Source: Cyanophora paradoxa CCMP329 (lineage: Eukaryota > Plantae > Glaucophyta). From it: DNA of 64,000 nucleotides. Of the stretch, positions 49,060 to 62,539 are shown piece after piece. The notes under the pieces were generated by a model. That model did not search any database. It saw only the letters and a program-made list of their open reading frames with translations, and was not told the origin of the DNA. The translations under genes were made by a program, and so were the position numbers. The stretch is taken from assembly GCA_004431415.1 (NCBI GenBank), contig QPMI01000425.1, positions 1-64,000 of the forward strand, read 5' to 3'. Each line of letters opens with the position of its first letter. Position 1 is the stretch's first letter.

Positions 49060-51310
49060 TGCGGATATATGCGTACATATTGACATCCGCGATCGCATTT
49101 GTTTAATCCATGTGCAGTATTGTTCATGACGACGGGCGTTTATAATTACGGCACGCAATTCTGGAGTAAATACGTCTCAGACAGCGTTTATGACTGTCCG
49201 TATTAACGTTTTTATATTTTTACCTCGATAAAGACGGTTTCTTTTTGCGGACGTGGAGGAATACATGTCGAGTAAAAGTGTCAATGCAAGTCCCAAATCT
49301 GCGTCTGTCGCCACGGAAATAGTGCCGGTGTCTGATAAGACAAACGAATCGGTTTTCTTGAGATGCCATTGGGAGTATCGCTTGAACAGCATGATACCGA
49401 TTCCTGCACTGACGTCTGTAACGTAATCATGTTCATAAATGCGAGATTAAATGCCTGATATAATTGTTGTGCAGGTGATAATGAACGGAGTGTTGCATAT
49501 AATCGAGACGTGAATTATGGTTGTTATTGCGGTTGCATATACTGGAATTCCGATAGTTGTCCGTTTCCATCATCGTGCGGGAATTTGTGGAAGTGAAAAT
49601 GAGAAGCGATGTATTCTTCGCAGTTCTCTTTTTTTTTCAAGGCTAGGCCAATTGCCTCTGTTGGAAATATGTTATTGTATTCGAGTTCAAGACTGCCAAT
49701 ATGAGTCGCTAAATCGGCGTACCAAGAAGTGCAAATATCAGAATAACCAGTTCGGTACCGTACAGAAATTGTAGAGATGGAGTGCCCATTAAGTTCATGT
49801 CTGTGATCGACTGGGTTCAAAAACCGTATTCCGAGTAATGTATGCGGGTTTATTCTAATTATACGCCACTTTCTAGCATGCCGTGCAGCATCAATACCCT
49901 CGAGGCTCACCTTCTAGCACGTTCAATCCACTTGCGGATGACGACAGGGAGAGAGGAATTGCTGATGGGGCGCATGAAGTCTCCGATGGGCGTGGTCCGA
50001 GCCGCACGACAGCCGCTCCGGCTGCGGCAGTTGCATTTAACGCCCAGCATGTGATGCGTTTCGATCCAGGTTGCAATTGATCGCCTGCTCGCATGCGGCG
50101 CGGTGTGGGCGCGCGGAAAGATGTCCGGGTCGGTACAGGAGCGGGTTTATTATAATTGTATGGCACTTTCTACCATGCCGTGTTGTGCGGATATATGCGT
50201 ACATATTGACATCCGCGATCGCATTTGTTTAATCCATGTGCAGTATTGTTCATGACGACGGGCGTTTATAATTACGGCACGCAATTCTGGAGTAAATACG
50301 TCTCAGACAGCGTTTATGACTGTCCGTATTAACGTTTTTATATTTTTACCTCGATAAAGACGGTTTCTTTTTGCGGACGTGGAGGAATACATGTCGAGTA
50401 AAAGTGTCAATGCAAGTCCCAAATCTGCGTCTGTCGCCACGGAAATAGTGCCGGTGTCTGATAAGACAAACGAATCGGTTTTCTTGAGATGCCATTGGGA
50501 GTATCGCTTGAACAGCATGATACCGATTCCTGCACTGACGTCTGTAACGTAATCATGTTCATAAATGCGAGATTAAATGCCTGATATAATTGTTGTGCAG
50601 GTGATAATGAACGGAGTGTTGCATATAATCGAGACGTGAATTATGGTTGTTATTGCGGTTGCATATACTGGAATTCCCGATAGTTGTCCGTTTCCATCAT
50701 CGTGCGGGAATTTGTGGAAGTGAAAATGAGAAGCGATGTATTCTTCGCAGTTCTCTTTTTTTTTCAAGGCTAGGCCAATTGCCTCTGTTGGAAATATGTT
50801 ATTGTATTCGAGTTCAAGACTGCCAATATGAGTCGCTAAATCGGCGTACCAAGAAGTGCAAATATCAGAATAACCAGTTCGGTACCGTACAGAAATTGTA
50901 GAGATGGAGTGCCCATTAAGTTCATGTCTGTGATCGACTGGGTTCAAAAACCGTATTCCGAGTAATGTATGCGGGTTTATTCTAATTATACGCCACTTTC
51001 TAGCATGCCGTGCAGCATCAATACCCTCGAGGCTCACCTTCTAGCACGTTCAATCCACTTGCGGATGACGACAGGGAGAGAGGAATTGCTGATGGGGCGC
51101 ATGAAGTCTCCGATGGGCGTGGTCCGAGCCGCACGACAGCCGCTCCGGCTGCGGCAGTTGCATTTAACGCCCAGCATGTGATGCGTTTCGATCCAGGTTG
51201 CAATTGATCGCCTGCTCGCATGCGGCGCGGTGTGGGCGCGCGGAAAGATGTCCGGGTCGGTACAGGAGCGGGTTTATTATAATTGTATGGCACTTTCTAC
51301 CATGCCGTGC
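49060..51310. repeat. Near-perfect tandem duplication (~1126 bp) inside the cargo of unit 2
   Basis: 49060-50185 is repeated at 50186-51310; the ORF translations are duplicated in the track, with one indel visible. Confidence 0.9.
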
Positions 51311-52099
51311 AGCATCAATACCCGCGAGGCTCACCTTTTAGCACGTTCGATCCACTCGCGGATGACGGCAGGGAGACAGGAATTGCTGATGCGGCGCATG
51401 AAGTCTCCGATGGGCCTCGTCGGAGCTCCACGACAGCCGCTGCGGCAGTTGCATTTAACGGCCAGCATGTGACGCATTTCGATCCAGGTTCATCGCGTGC
51501 TGCAGTCGCGGACGAGGACACGCAGGGGGAGACGGGCGGTGCGGTGCTTGTATCTGCTGTCGGTGGTGTTCGGCGAGGTGGCAGGCACGGGCCCGCATCT
51601 GAAATATCAGCAATCCTCACCTTCTAGCAGACTGCATGCACGGGCAGAGCGCGACAGTGAGCATGAGACGGGGCAGTGGTGCACGTCTGTTGCGGCGCTG
51701 GCATGTCGTTCCGGCGTACTTGCTGCGGCGCCACCTGCAGCCACGGATGACGAGAGGCAGCACGGCATGTCGGTGGCGGCGCTTGCATCTGTTCAAAGCG
51801 TATACGTAGTTGGGCGACGCGGAGCCTCGGAGACGGCGGGCGTGCAGGGCCAATAGCAGGGCGGGGATGCTAACCTTCTAGCAGACTCCACGCAATACCG
51901 GACGACAATGATATCGCCCGGAACTGCTGTACAATCACGAAGAAGATGCATTTCAAGATGTTTCGCTGGCGTGCACGTTTACGACGCCAGCGGACGCGCG
52001 CAATCGGCGCATAGAGTCCCGGCTTCTTGATTATACGCATAGGGTTGTGTCCACGAAAAGTTCCACACGTTCGCGTACTGTAATTGCAATTCTGCACAC

Positions 52100-53370
52100 G
52101 GTATGGATGTGAACGCGTACATATATATGTATATATGTACGTATACGTACATATGTCAACGCTTACGTATATGTACGTATACGTATTCGGGAATCCGCGC
52201 TCTAGATCTAGCGCTAGCTAGCCGGACTTGACAGTGCCGGGTTCAGATTCGCGCTAGACAGCGTTATAGTCACAGTGTGCGCTCTATAACTTTTGACCGC
52301 GGTCTAGCGCTAGCTACTAGGCTAGCTGGACTTGACAGTACGTGCAGGTTCAGATTTGCGCTAGAGAGCGCTATAGTACAGCGCCAATCTGCGCATGCGC
52401 CGCTAGTACGGATTGCACGCGTACACTACGCCGGACTGTATATATGTACTGACTCGAAGTGGGACTGTCACAGTAGGCGCTCTATAACTACGTATAATGC
52501 ATATGGCTGCCCGGCCGGCTCGCTATACCTATAGCTCCCTTGCACGACTACAGCATTGGAGATTGCGGTATAGCTAGCCTGTGAGCACTGCCTAGCACAG
52601 CGCGTACACTACGCCGGACTGTATATATGTACTGACTCGAACTGGCAATGTCACAGCTAGTAAGCGCTCTATAACTACGTATACTGGCAGGCCGGCCGGC
52701 TCGCCGAGTCGCTATAGCTATTGCCGGAGTGCTCTCTTGCAGAACTACAGCATTGGAGATTGCGGTATAGTTATACCTAGCCTCTGAGCACTGGCAGAGG
52801 GGCACATGTACAGGCGGCACAGCTAGCTATAGTAGTGGACTGATAGTTGGCCCGGTTGGCAGTGCGGCGGCCTGGTTCACGTTTGCAGCTGCTTCGCACT
52901 AGTATACGTACTGTCTCATCAGTCTGTCTGAGCGCTACTACTAGGCTAGGGCCGCTAGGCTGGTTCTCGGAGCTTGGCCGGCCGGTCCACTCGCGAATCG
53001 CCATCGGTGCATTGGCATAACCAATGGATTGCTCAATCGCGATGTTTCGGTTCTGCTCGATCTTTTTTTCATTCAAGATTTGACGACTCAGTGACAAGAT
53101 CTTGAAGGCTTCGAGCTTCTGTTAATCGCAAGATCTTCAAGGCTTCTGTTAATCACAACTAAATCCGTCATCGAATCGTCAATGGCGCGAGATCGGTGAG
53201 ATCTTTGTTCTGCTCGATCTTTTTTTCATTCAAGATTTGACGAGTCAGTGACAAGATCTTGAAGGCTTCTGTTAATCGCAGGATCTTCAAGGCTTCTGTT
53301 AATCACAACTAAATCCGTCATCGAATCGTCAATGACGCGAGATCGGTGAGATCTTTTTTTAATTCAAGAT
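52100..53370. repeat. Low-complexity and short tandem duplications in unit 2 cargo
   Basis: TACGTA-rich tract (52115-52190), CTAG/GCTA-rich duplicated blocks (52200-52800) and a ~160-bp tandem duplication (53048-53355). Confidence 0.75.
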
Positions 53371-56300
53371 CTTGACAGATCTTGCCAATGTGTTCGCGAA
53401 ATTTTTTTGTAAGGTTCTCGCGGCCAGGCGCATGCACAGCTGCAGATCTCGCGAATCGCTTAAACAGAATCTCGAATGCATATAGCATCGATGTGTAGGC
53501 CTGCGGAGGCGAGGGCGCGCGGAAAGATGTGCAGGCGTGGCCAGGATCGAATTTTTGCGTCGGCTGGATTGCCGCGCCCTGTTGCGTCCGCAGAGCTTGC
53601 GAAAGGCTTTTAAAACATCTCTGATGAATATTGTAGCGATGCCCGTGCGTGAGGATGCGAGGGCGCGCGGAAAGATGTGCAGGTCTGTCCAGGATCGAAT
53701 TTTTGGGGTCGGCTGGGTCCCCGCGGCCCGGCGCATCTGTAAAGCGTGCGGAAAGCTTCTTCTACATCTCAAATGCTTATGCTATTGTTCCGCGCATGCA
53801 CCGCGGCGTGGGCACGCGGAAAGATGTCCGGGCCCGTGCAGGATCGAATTTTTGCCGCCGGCTGGGTTCTCGTGCTCTTTCGCGTCTTCGAAGCTTGTGG
53901 AAGGCTTTGATAAAATCCCAAATGAATATAGTAGCGATGTGCTTGCGTGAGGATGCGAGGGCGCGCGGAAAGACGTGCAGGTCCGTCTAGGATCGAATTT
54001 TCGGGGTCGGCTGGGTCCTCGCGGCCCGGCACATCCGTAAACTGTGCGGAATGCTTTGTCTACATCTCAAATGCTTATGCTATTGTTCCGCGCATGCGCC
54101 GCGGCGTGGGCGCACGGAAAGATGTCCGGGCCTGTGCAAGATCGAATTTTTGATGTCCGGTACCTTCCTGCACTGTTCGGCCTCCGAAAACCGGATTTCG
54201 GGGGTGCGCAGGCCCTGCTATGCCTATGCGCGCTAGTACGCATCGATTGCGCGCGTCGCGGGACCGGCCGGAACCGGCCGGATCAAAATTTCGGCCGACT
54301 GTTTGCACTGGAGCGTCGAGGGCGCCCGAAACCGAGTTTGCGGCGATGCGCTCGCCCTCGCGCGTCATTCTGTATCGTTCTGGGGCGTCCCTGGCGCGAT
54401 TTCGTCGTGGGCGCACGGAAAGATGTCCGGGCCTGTGCAAGATCGAATTTTTGATGTCCGGTACCTTCCTGCACTGTTCGGCCTCCGAAAACCGGATTTC
54501 GGGGGTGCGCAGGCCCTGCTATGCCTATGCGCGCTAGTACGCATCGATTGCGCGCGTCGCGGGACCGGCCGGAACCGGCCGGATCAAAATTTCGGCCGAC
54601 TGTTTGCACTGGAGCGTCGAGGGCGCCCGAAACCGAGTTTGCGGCGATGCGCTCGCCCTCGCGCGTCATTCTGTATCGTTCTGGGGCGTCCCTGGCGCGA
54701 TTTCGTCGCGGGACCGGGCGGGACCGGGTCCCACCTTCTGACTCGGACTGCATTTGTCGGCGGTTAAGTACCGGAATTGATCCAGAGGGAAATTCGATGT
54801 CGTGCGACGCCCACGGGCGAGCGGTCGTCTTAGGGGAGCTAGGACGCTAAAAATGGATCTAGAGGGGTCTGTGGGGGTTCGGGCAGCTGTGTAATGTCCA
54901 TCAATCGCGTCCGTGTCGAGGCAGAATTAATAATTCTGCTTCGAGGGAGTGTGACACGGAAATTATTTAGCAGGGGGGATCTCGAGTGGAAAAAAAGGTT
55001 AAAAAAGGAATTTCGGTCGGCGGTTTTTGGGTTTGAGACAAGATCCGTGCTCCTGCGGAGCACTAAGTACGGCGAAGCCTCGCGGACGCCCTCGCGGCTG
55101 TCACAGTAGGCCTATAGGGCACTCAGCGACTGGCCAGCGGCCTGGCCGATCGCGAACAGCTTTCTGGCTGGATGCTGGCTGGCCGACGGCCAGTCCAGCT
55201 AGCGCTGGCCGGCTAGAGGAATATTAATGTACTGAGGAAACAAAGGGTGGAGCAGATTGAGAGGAGATTAATTATATAATATTGTTGGGAAGGAGGGCCG
55301 GGAGGGGCGAGGTTCTCGCGGCCAGGCGCATGCACAGAGCTTGCGAATCGCTTAAACAGAATCTCGAATGCATATAGCATCGATGTGCAGGGCTGCGGAG
55401 GCGAGGGCGCGCAGAAATATGTGCAGGCCTGTCCAGGATCGAAAATTTGGCGTCGGCTGGCTTTTCGTGCTTTGTCGCGGCAACAGAGGTCGCGGAAGGC
55501 TTCGTTTAGATCTCAAATGAATACTGTAGCGATGGGCATGCGTGGGGATGCGAGGGCGCGCGGAAAGCTGTGCAGGTCCGTCCAGGATCGAATTTTCGGG
55601 GTGGGCTGGGTCCTCGCGGCCCGGCGCATACGCAAAGCGTGCGGAAGGCTTGATCTACATCTCAGACGCTTATACTATTGTTCCGTGCATGCGCCGCGGC
55701 GCGGGCGCGCGGAAAGCTGTGCAGGCCCGTTCAGGATCGAATTTTTGCGTCGGCTGGGTTCTCGTGCGCTGTCGCGCCTGCAGAGCTTGCGAAAAGCTTT
55801 AAAAAGAAGTCAACTGAAAATTGTAGCGATGCGCTCGCGTGAGGATGCGAGGGCGCGCGGAAAGTTGTGCAGGTCCGTCCAGGATCGAATTTTCGGGGTC
55901 GGCTGGGTCCTCGCGGCCCGGCGCATTTAGAGACCGTGCGGAAGTCTTCTTCTACATCTCAAATGCTTATACTATTGATGCGCGCATGCGCCGCGGCGTG
56001 GGCGCGCGGAAAGATCTCCGGGGCTGTGCAGGATCGAATTTTTGCCGTCAGGCACCTTTCTGCGCTGTTCCGGCTCCGAAAAGCGGATATTTGGAGTGCG
56101 CAGGCCCTGCTATGTCTATGCGCACCAGTACGCCTCGAATGCGCGCGTCGCGGGACCGGGCGGAACCGGCCGGATCAAAATTTCGGCCGACTCTTCGCAA
56201 TGGAGCGTCGACGGCGCCCGAAATCGAGCTTGCGGCGATGCGCTCGCCCTCGCGCGTCATTCTGTATCGTTCTGGGGCGTCCCTGGCGCAGTTTCGTCGC

Positions 56301-59300
56301 GGGACCGGGCGGGACCGGGTCCCACTTTCTGACCCGGACTGCGTTTGTCGGAGGTTAAGTACCGGAATTGATCCGGAGGGAAATTCGATTTTCGCGGGAC
56401 GCCTACGGGGGAGCGGTCGTCTTAGGGGAGCTAGGACGCTAAAAATGGATCTAGAGGGGTCTGTGGCGGTTCGGGCAGCTGTGTAATGTCCATCAATCGC
56501 GTCCGTGTCGAGGCAGAATTAATAATTCTGCTTCGAGGGAGTGCGACACGGAAATTATTTAGCAGGGGGGATCTCGAGTGGAAAAAAAGGTTAAAAAAGG
56601 AATTTCGGTCGGCGGTTTTTGGGTTTGAGACAAGATCCGTGCTCCTGCGGAGCACTAAGTACGGCGAAGCCTCGCGGACGCCCTCGCGGCTGTCACAGTA
56701 GGCGGGCAGCTGCAGCCCCGCCCAGTTGCATGGCCGGGCTTCAAAAGTTTCGCCGGCTTGGCACTGGGGCAATGGGCTGGCCCGCTATAGCCAGCTCGAG
56801 GGAGAGCTCGCTGGCCAGGGAGCAATGTAATGAGGAGAGCGAATATATAATGAACTAGGGGAGGAGTTGAACCGGTAACTCTTGCTTTTAACTGGTGGAG
56901 CAGATTGATAGGAGATTTATTTAATATTAATGTATTGTTGGGGGGGAGGCCCGGGAGGGGCGAGGTTCTCGCGGCCAGGCGCATGCACAGAGCTTGCGAA
57001 TCGCTTAAACACAATCTCGAATGCATATAGCATCGATGTGCGGGGCTGCGGAGGCGAGGGCGCGCGGAAAGACGTGCAGGTCCATGCAGGATCGAATTTT
57101 CGGGGTCGGCTGAATTCTCGCGCCCTGTCGCGCCCTTGGGGCTTGCATTACGCTTTGAAAAGCTCTCAAATGAATATTATAGCGATGCCCATGCATGAGG
57201 ACGCGAGGGCGCGCGGAACGCGGTTCAGTTCCCTCAAGGATCGAATTTTCGGGGTCGGCTGGGTCCCCGCGGCCCGGCGCATCTGCAAAGCGCGCGGAAC
57301 GCTTGATCTACATCTCAAATGCTTATGCTATTGTTCCGCGCATGCGCCGTGGCGTGGGCGCGCGGAAAGATGTCCAGGCGTGTGCAGGATCGAATTTTTG
57401 CCGTCGGCTGGGTTCTCGTGCTCTTTCGCGTCTTCAAAGCTTGTGGAAAACTTTGATAAAATCTCAAATGAATATTGCGACGATGCGCATGCGCGAGAAT
57501 GCGAGGGCGCGCGGAAAGATGTTCAGGTCTGTCAAGGATCGAATTTTCGGGGTCGGCTGGGTGCTCGTGACCTGGTGCATTTAGACACCGTGCGGAAGTC
57601 TTTCTCTACATCTTAAATGGTTATGCTATCGTTCCGCGAAGATCCGTGCTCCTGCGGAGCACTAAGTACGGCGAAGCCTCGCGGACGCTCTCGCGGCTGT
57701 CACAGTAGGCCTTGGCAGCCTAGGCCTAGCGCACTGGCCAGCGCGCTGCCCGGCCAAATGGCTGGCTGGAATTCGAAGCTGGCGGCCGGGCCATATATAT
57801 GCATGCTGGCTCGCTAGCTATATATATAGCCAGAGGGCTGGGGGACGAACCTGGCTGGCCAGAGAGGAATGTAATGATCGAGGAGCTAGAGGGAATTTAT
57901 AATTAGGGGAGGAGTTGGACGTACTGGCTTGCTTTTAACTGGTGGAGCATATTGAGAGGAGATTTTATGTATTGGCTTGTGCACGTGGGGGGGGTGGGAG
58001 CCCGAGGATCCGGAGGGGCGAGGTTCTTGCAGCCAGGCGCATGCGCAGAGCTTGCCAATCGCTTAAAAAGAATCTCGCATGCATATAGTACCAATGTGCA
58101 GGGTTGCGGAGGCGAGGGCGCGAGGAAAGACGTGCAGGTCCATGCAGGATCGAATTTTCAGGGTCGGCTGGATTCTCGCGCCCTGTCGCGTTGTCGGGGG
58201 TCGCAAAAAGCTTAACGAAGATGTCAAATTACTATTGTAGCGATGCGCACGCGCGAGGATGCGAGGGCGCGCGGAAAGGTCTGCAGGTCTGTAGAGGATC
58301 GAATTTTCGGGGTGGGCTGGGTCCTCGCGGCCCGGCGCAGCTATAAAGCGTGCGGAAGGCTTCTTCTACATCTCAAATGCTTATGCTATTGTTCCGCGCA
58401 TGCGCCGCGGCATGAGTGCGCGGAAAGATGTCCAGGCCGGTGCAGGATCAAATTTTTGCCGTCGGGTACCTTCGTGCGCTGTTCGGCATCCGAAAAGCGG
58501 ATTTCGTGGGTGCGCAGGCCCTGCTATGTCTATGCGCGCCAGTGTGCATCGATTGCGCGCGTCGCGGGACCGGGTGGGACCGGCCGGATCAAATTTTCGG
58601 CCGACTCTTCGCACTGGAGCGTCGACGGCGCCCGAAATCGAGCTTGCGGCGATGCGCTCGCCCTCGCGCGTCATTCTGTATCGGTCTGGGGCGTCCCTGG
58701 CGCGGTTTCGTCGCGGGACCGCGGAAAGGTCTGCAGGTCTGTAGAGGATCGAATTTTCGGGGTCGGCTAGGTCCTCGCGGCCTGGTGCATTTATAAAGCG
58801 TGCGGAAGTCTTCTTGTACATCTTAAATGCTTATGCTATCGTTCCGCGCGTGCGCCGCGGCGCGGGCGCGCGGAAAGATGTCCGGGCCTGTGCAGGATCG
58901 AATTTTTGCTGTCGGGTACCTTCCTGCGCTGTTCGGCCTCTGAAAAGCGGATTTCGGGGGTGCGCAGGCCCTGCTATTTCTATGCGCGCTCGTACGCATC
59001 GTTTGTGCGCTTCGCGGGACCGGCCGGAACCGGCCGGATCAAATTTTCGGGCGACTGTTCGCACTGGAGCGTCGAGGGCGCCCGAAATCGAGCTTGCGGC
59101 GATGCGCTCGCCCTCGCGCGTCATTCTGTATCGCTCTGGGGCGTCCCTGGCGCGATTTCGTCGCGGGACCGGGCGGGACCGGGTCCCACCTTCTGACTCG
59201 GACTGCATTTGTCGGAGGTTAAGTACCGGAATTGATCCAGAGGGAAATTCGATTTTCGCGGGACGCCCACGGGGGAGCGGTCGTCTTAGGGGAGCCAGGA

Positions 59301-61436
59301 CGCTAAAAATGGATCTAGAGAGGTCTGTGGGGGTTCGGGTGGGTGTGTGACTAGCGGCAATCGCGTCCGTGTCGAGGCAGAATTATTAATTCTGCCTCGA
59401 GGGAGTGCGACACGGAAATTATTTAGCAGGGGGGATCTCGAGTGGAAAAAAAGGTTAAAAAAGGAATTTAGATCGTCGGTTTTTGGGTTTGAGACAAGAT
59501 CCGTGCTCCTGCGGAGCACTAAGTACGGCGAAGCCTCGCGGACGCCCTCGCCGCTGTTACAGTAGGCCTATATATATAGGGCACTCAGCGACTGGCCAGC
59601 GGCCTGGCCGATCGCGAACAGCTTTCTGCAGCTGGCTGGAAGCTGGCTGGCTGACGGCCAGTCCAGCTAGCGCTGGCCGGCTAGAGGAATATTAATTTAC
59701 TGAGGAACTAAAGGGTGGAGCAGATTGAGAAGAGATTAATTATAATATTGTTGGGAAGGAGGCCCGGGAGGGGCGAGGTTCTCGCGGCCAGGCGCATGCA
59801 CAGAGCTTGCGAATCGCTTAAACAGAATCTCGCGATCGAATGTATATAGCATCGATGTGCGGGGCTGCGGAGGCGAGGGCGCGCGGAAAGACGTGCAGGT
59901 CCATGCAGGATCGAATTTTCGGGGTCGGCTGGATTCTCGCGCCCTGTCGCGTCCTCGGAGCTCGCGAAAAGCTTAACAAAGATCTCAAATTACTATTGTA
60001 GCGATGCGCACGCGCGAGGATGCGAGGGCGCGCGGAAAGCTGTGCAGGTCCGTATACGTACAGGATCGAATTTTCGGGGTCGGCTGGGTCCTCGCGGCTC
60101 GGCGCATACGCAAAGCGTGCGGAAGTCTTTGCCTACATCTCAAATGCTTATGCTATTGTTCCGCGCATGCGCCGCGGCGTGGGCGCGCGGAAAGATGTCC
60201 GGGTCCGTGCAGGATCGAATTTTTGCCGTCGGCTGGGTTCTCGTGCTCTTTCGCGTCTTCGAAGCTTGTGGAAGGCTTTGATAAAATCTCAAATGAATAT
60301 TGTAGCGATGCGCATGCGCGAGAATGCGAGGGCGTGCGGAAAGATGTTCAGGTCCGTACAGGATCGAATTTTCGGGGTCGGCTGGGTCCTCGCGGCCTGG
60401 TGCATTTAGAGACCGTGCGGAAGTCTTCTTCTACATCTAAAATGCATATGCTATCGTTCCGCGCATGCGCCGCGGCGTGGGCGCGCGGAAAGATCTCCGG
60501 GCCTGTCTAGGATCGAATTCTTGCCGTCGGGTATGTCCAGGATCGAATTTTTGCGTCGGCTGGGTTCTCGTGCCCTGTCGCGCCTGCAGAGCTTGCGAAA
60601 AGCTTTAAAAAGGAGTCAACTGAAAATTGTAGCGATGCGCTCGCGTGAGGATGCGAGGGCGCGCGGAAAGTTGTGCAGGTCCGTCCAGGATCGAATTTCC
60701 GGGGTCGGCTGGGTCCTCGCGGCCCGGCGCATTTAGAGACCGTGCGGAAGGCTTCTTCTACATCTCAAATGCTTATGCTATCGTTCCGCGCATGCGCCGC
60801 GGCGCGGGCGCGCGGAAAGATCTCCGGGCCTGTCTAGGATCGAATTTTTGCCGTCGGGTACCTTCCTGCGCTCTTCCGGCTCCGAAAAGCGGATTTCGGG
60901 GGTGCGCAGGCGCTGCTATGTCTATGCGCGCCCGTACGCATCGATTGCGCGCGTCGCGGGACCGGCCGGAACCGGCCGGATCAAATTTTCGGCCGACTCT
61001 TCGCACTGGAGCGTCGACGGCGCGCGAAATCGGGTTTGCGGCGATGCGCTCGCCCTCGCGCGTCATTCTGTATCGTTCTGGGGCGTTCCTGGCGCGATTT
61101 TGTCGCGGGACCGGGCGGGACCGGGTCCCACCTTCTGACTCGGACTGGATTTGTCGGAGGTTAAGAACCGGAATTGATCCAGAGGAATATTCGATATTCG
61201 CGCGACGCCCACGGGAGAGCGGTCGTCTTAGGGGAGCCAGGACGCTAAAATTGGCTCTAGAGAGGTCTGTGGGGGTTCGGGTGGCTGTGTGACTAGCAGC
61301 AATCGCGTCTGTGTCGAGGCAAAATTAATAATTCTGCCTCGAGGGAGTGCGACACGGAAATTATTTAGCAGGGGGGATCTCGAGTGGAAAAAAAGGTTAA
61401 AAAAGGAATTTAGATCGTCGGTTTTTGGGTTTGAGA

Positions 61437-61516
61437 AAGAGGCTTCGCCTGAAAGAGGCTTCGCCTGAAAGAGGCTTCGCCTGAAAGAGGCTTCGCCTGA
61501 AAGAGGCTTCGCCTGA
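61437..61516. repeat. Five perfect tandem copies of AAGAGGCTTCGCCTGA
   Basis: Read directly from the sequence. Confidence 0.95.
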
Positions 61517-61875
61517 CCATTACAACCTCACTGTGATTGGTCGAACATCGAAAACCACATAAAAAACTACTTTGTGGCATGCTATATGTTTTCGGACTCG
61601 CCGTGATGTGATGACCCCGAATATGTCGGTGACGCCGGTGTATACATGTATATGCTGTTTTTTTCGTTTTTTTGAGTTGTAATTTTTTGGGTTGTAATGT
61701 TTTTGGGTTGTAATGTTTTTGGGTTGTAATTTTTTAAACCATTACAACCTCACAGTGATTGGTCGAACATCGAAAACCACATAAAAAACTACTTTGTGGC
61801 ATGCTATATGTTTTCGGACTCGCCGTGATGTGATGACCCCGAATATGTCGGTGACGCCGGTATATATATGTATAT
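61517..61875. repeat. Two further copies (one partial) of the element A subterminal ~220-bp repeat
   Basis: Nearly identical to 45951-46154, same orientation. Confidence 0.9.
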
Positions 61876-62215
61876 GTCGTCATATGCAAAAAAAACAAAA
61901 CAAAAACAAAAAAATTCAAAGTTTGGCGGGATCACACACACGGAGGTTCGGACATATATACGAAATATATACATGACTGAATTGTTATTTTTCATAGAAC
62001 TCGCATGTAGTTTGCATGTATCTTGCATAGTGGGCGGGGCGCGAGTGTATTTTAACGTGGTCTATCGTCGTACTTTGTCGTAAATATGCTAATCGTACAT
62101 TTCGATTCGTACATTTCGATTGAAGTCGCAAGTTTGTGCAGGTGGGCATTTTCGGCATGCTTGCTCATGCACAAACTTGCTTTAAAAAATATAAATCTCA
62201 TTTTAAAATCATAAA

Positions 62216-62539
62216 TTAGCTCGTCCGAGTCTCACTATAACACTGTCGGCATTTATAGTAGAGACCATCCTTCGTACTTTGCTTTTTATTATACTCGCTT
62301 GCAGGCTTCTCAATCTTGCAATCCGGGCATATCTTCGATTGTACTTCGATTTTCGGACGCGTTTTTAAGACATTGTGATAGTGATCATTTTGATAGTCAC
62401 GGTGGCACTCTATGCATCTCCAATATAATGTTATATTTCCCGACTTGCACTTGCGCAAAGGGAACCACGATGCAGGCTTGACCTCTTTGCACACATTGCA
62501 CAGTTTACTTTTAGGTAAGGGGAGCTGATTACCCGGCAT
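62216..62539 (-). CDS. Small two-repeat Cys4 Zn-finger protein of the type found N-terminal to viral homing endonucleases
   Basis: KLCNVCKEVKPASWF...WRCIEC and KICPDCKIEKPASEY...DGLYYKCRQC; intronless, with an upstream ACTTAAAGA motif like the viral genes. Confidence 0.7.
   Translation of the reverse strand: MPGNQLPLPKSKLCNVCKEVKPASWFPLRKCKSGNITLYWRCIECHRDYQNDHYHNVLKTRPKIEVQSKICPDCKIEKPASEYNKKQSTKDGLYYKCRQCYSETRTS

Larger units (their letters stand above)
46155..61436 (-). mobile_element. Head-to-tail array of six non-autonomous Helitron-like units: 46155-47808, 47809-55038, 55039-56630, 56631-57638 (truncated), 57639-59494, 59495-61436
   Basis: On the minus strand each full unit starts TCTCAAACCC and ends with hairpin GTGCTCC-GCA-GGAGCAC plus GGATCTTG. 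Junctions read TTTGAGA|CAAGATCC on plus. No TIR or TSD seen. Internal GC-rich subrepeats contain GCGCGCGGAAAG...CAGGATCGAATTTT. Confidence 0.6.

Noticed and set aside
46179-61292. Many Arg/Ala/Gly-rich ORFs in the GC-rich array
   Set aside because: They overlap in all frames, repeat with the units and show no recognisable domains; they are by-products of GC-rich repeats.
46155-61436. Array as rDNA, 5S, tRNA or snRNA gene repeats
   Set aside because: I could not recognise any rRNA, tRNA or snRNA sequence in the units; a covariance-model scan would be needed to exclude a divergent RNA.
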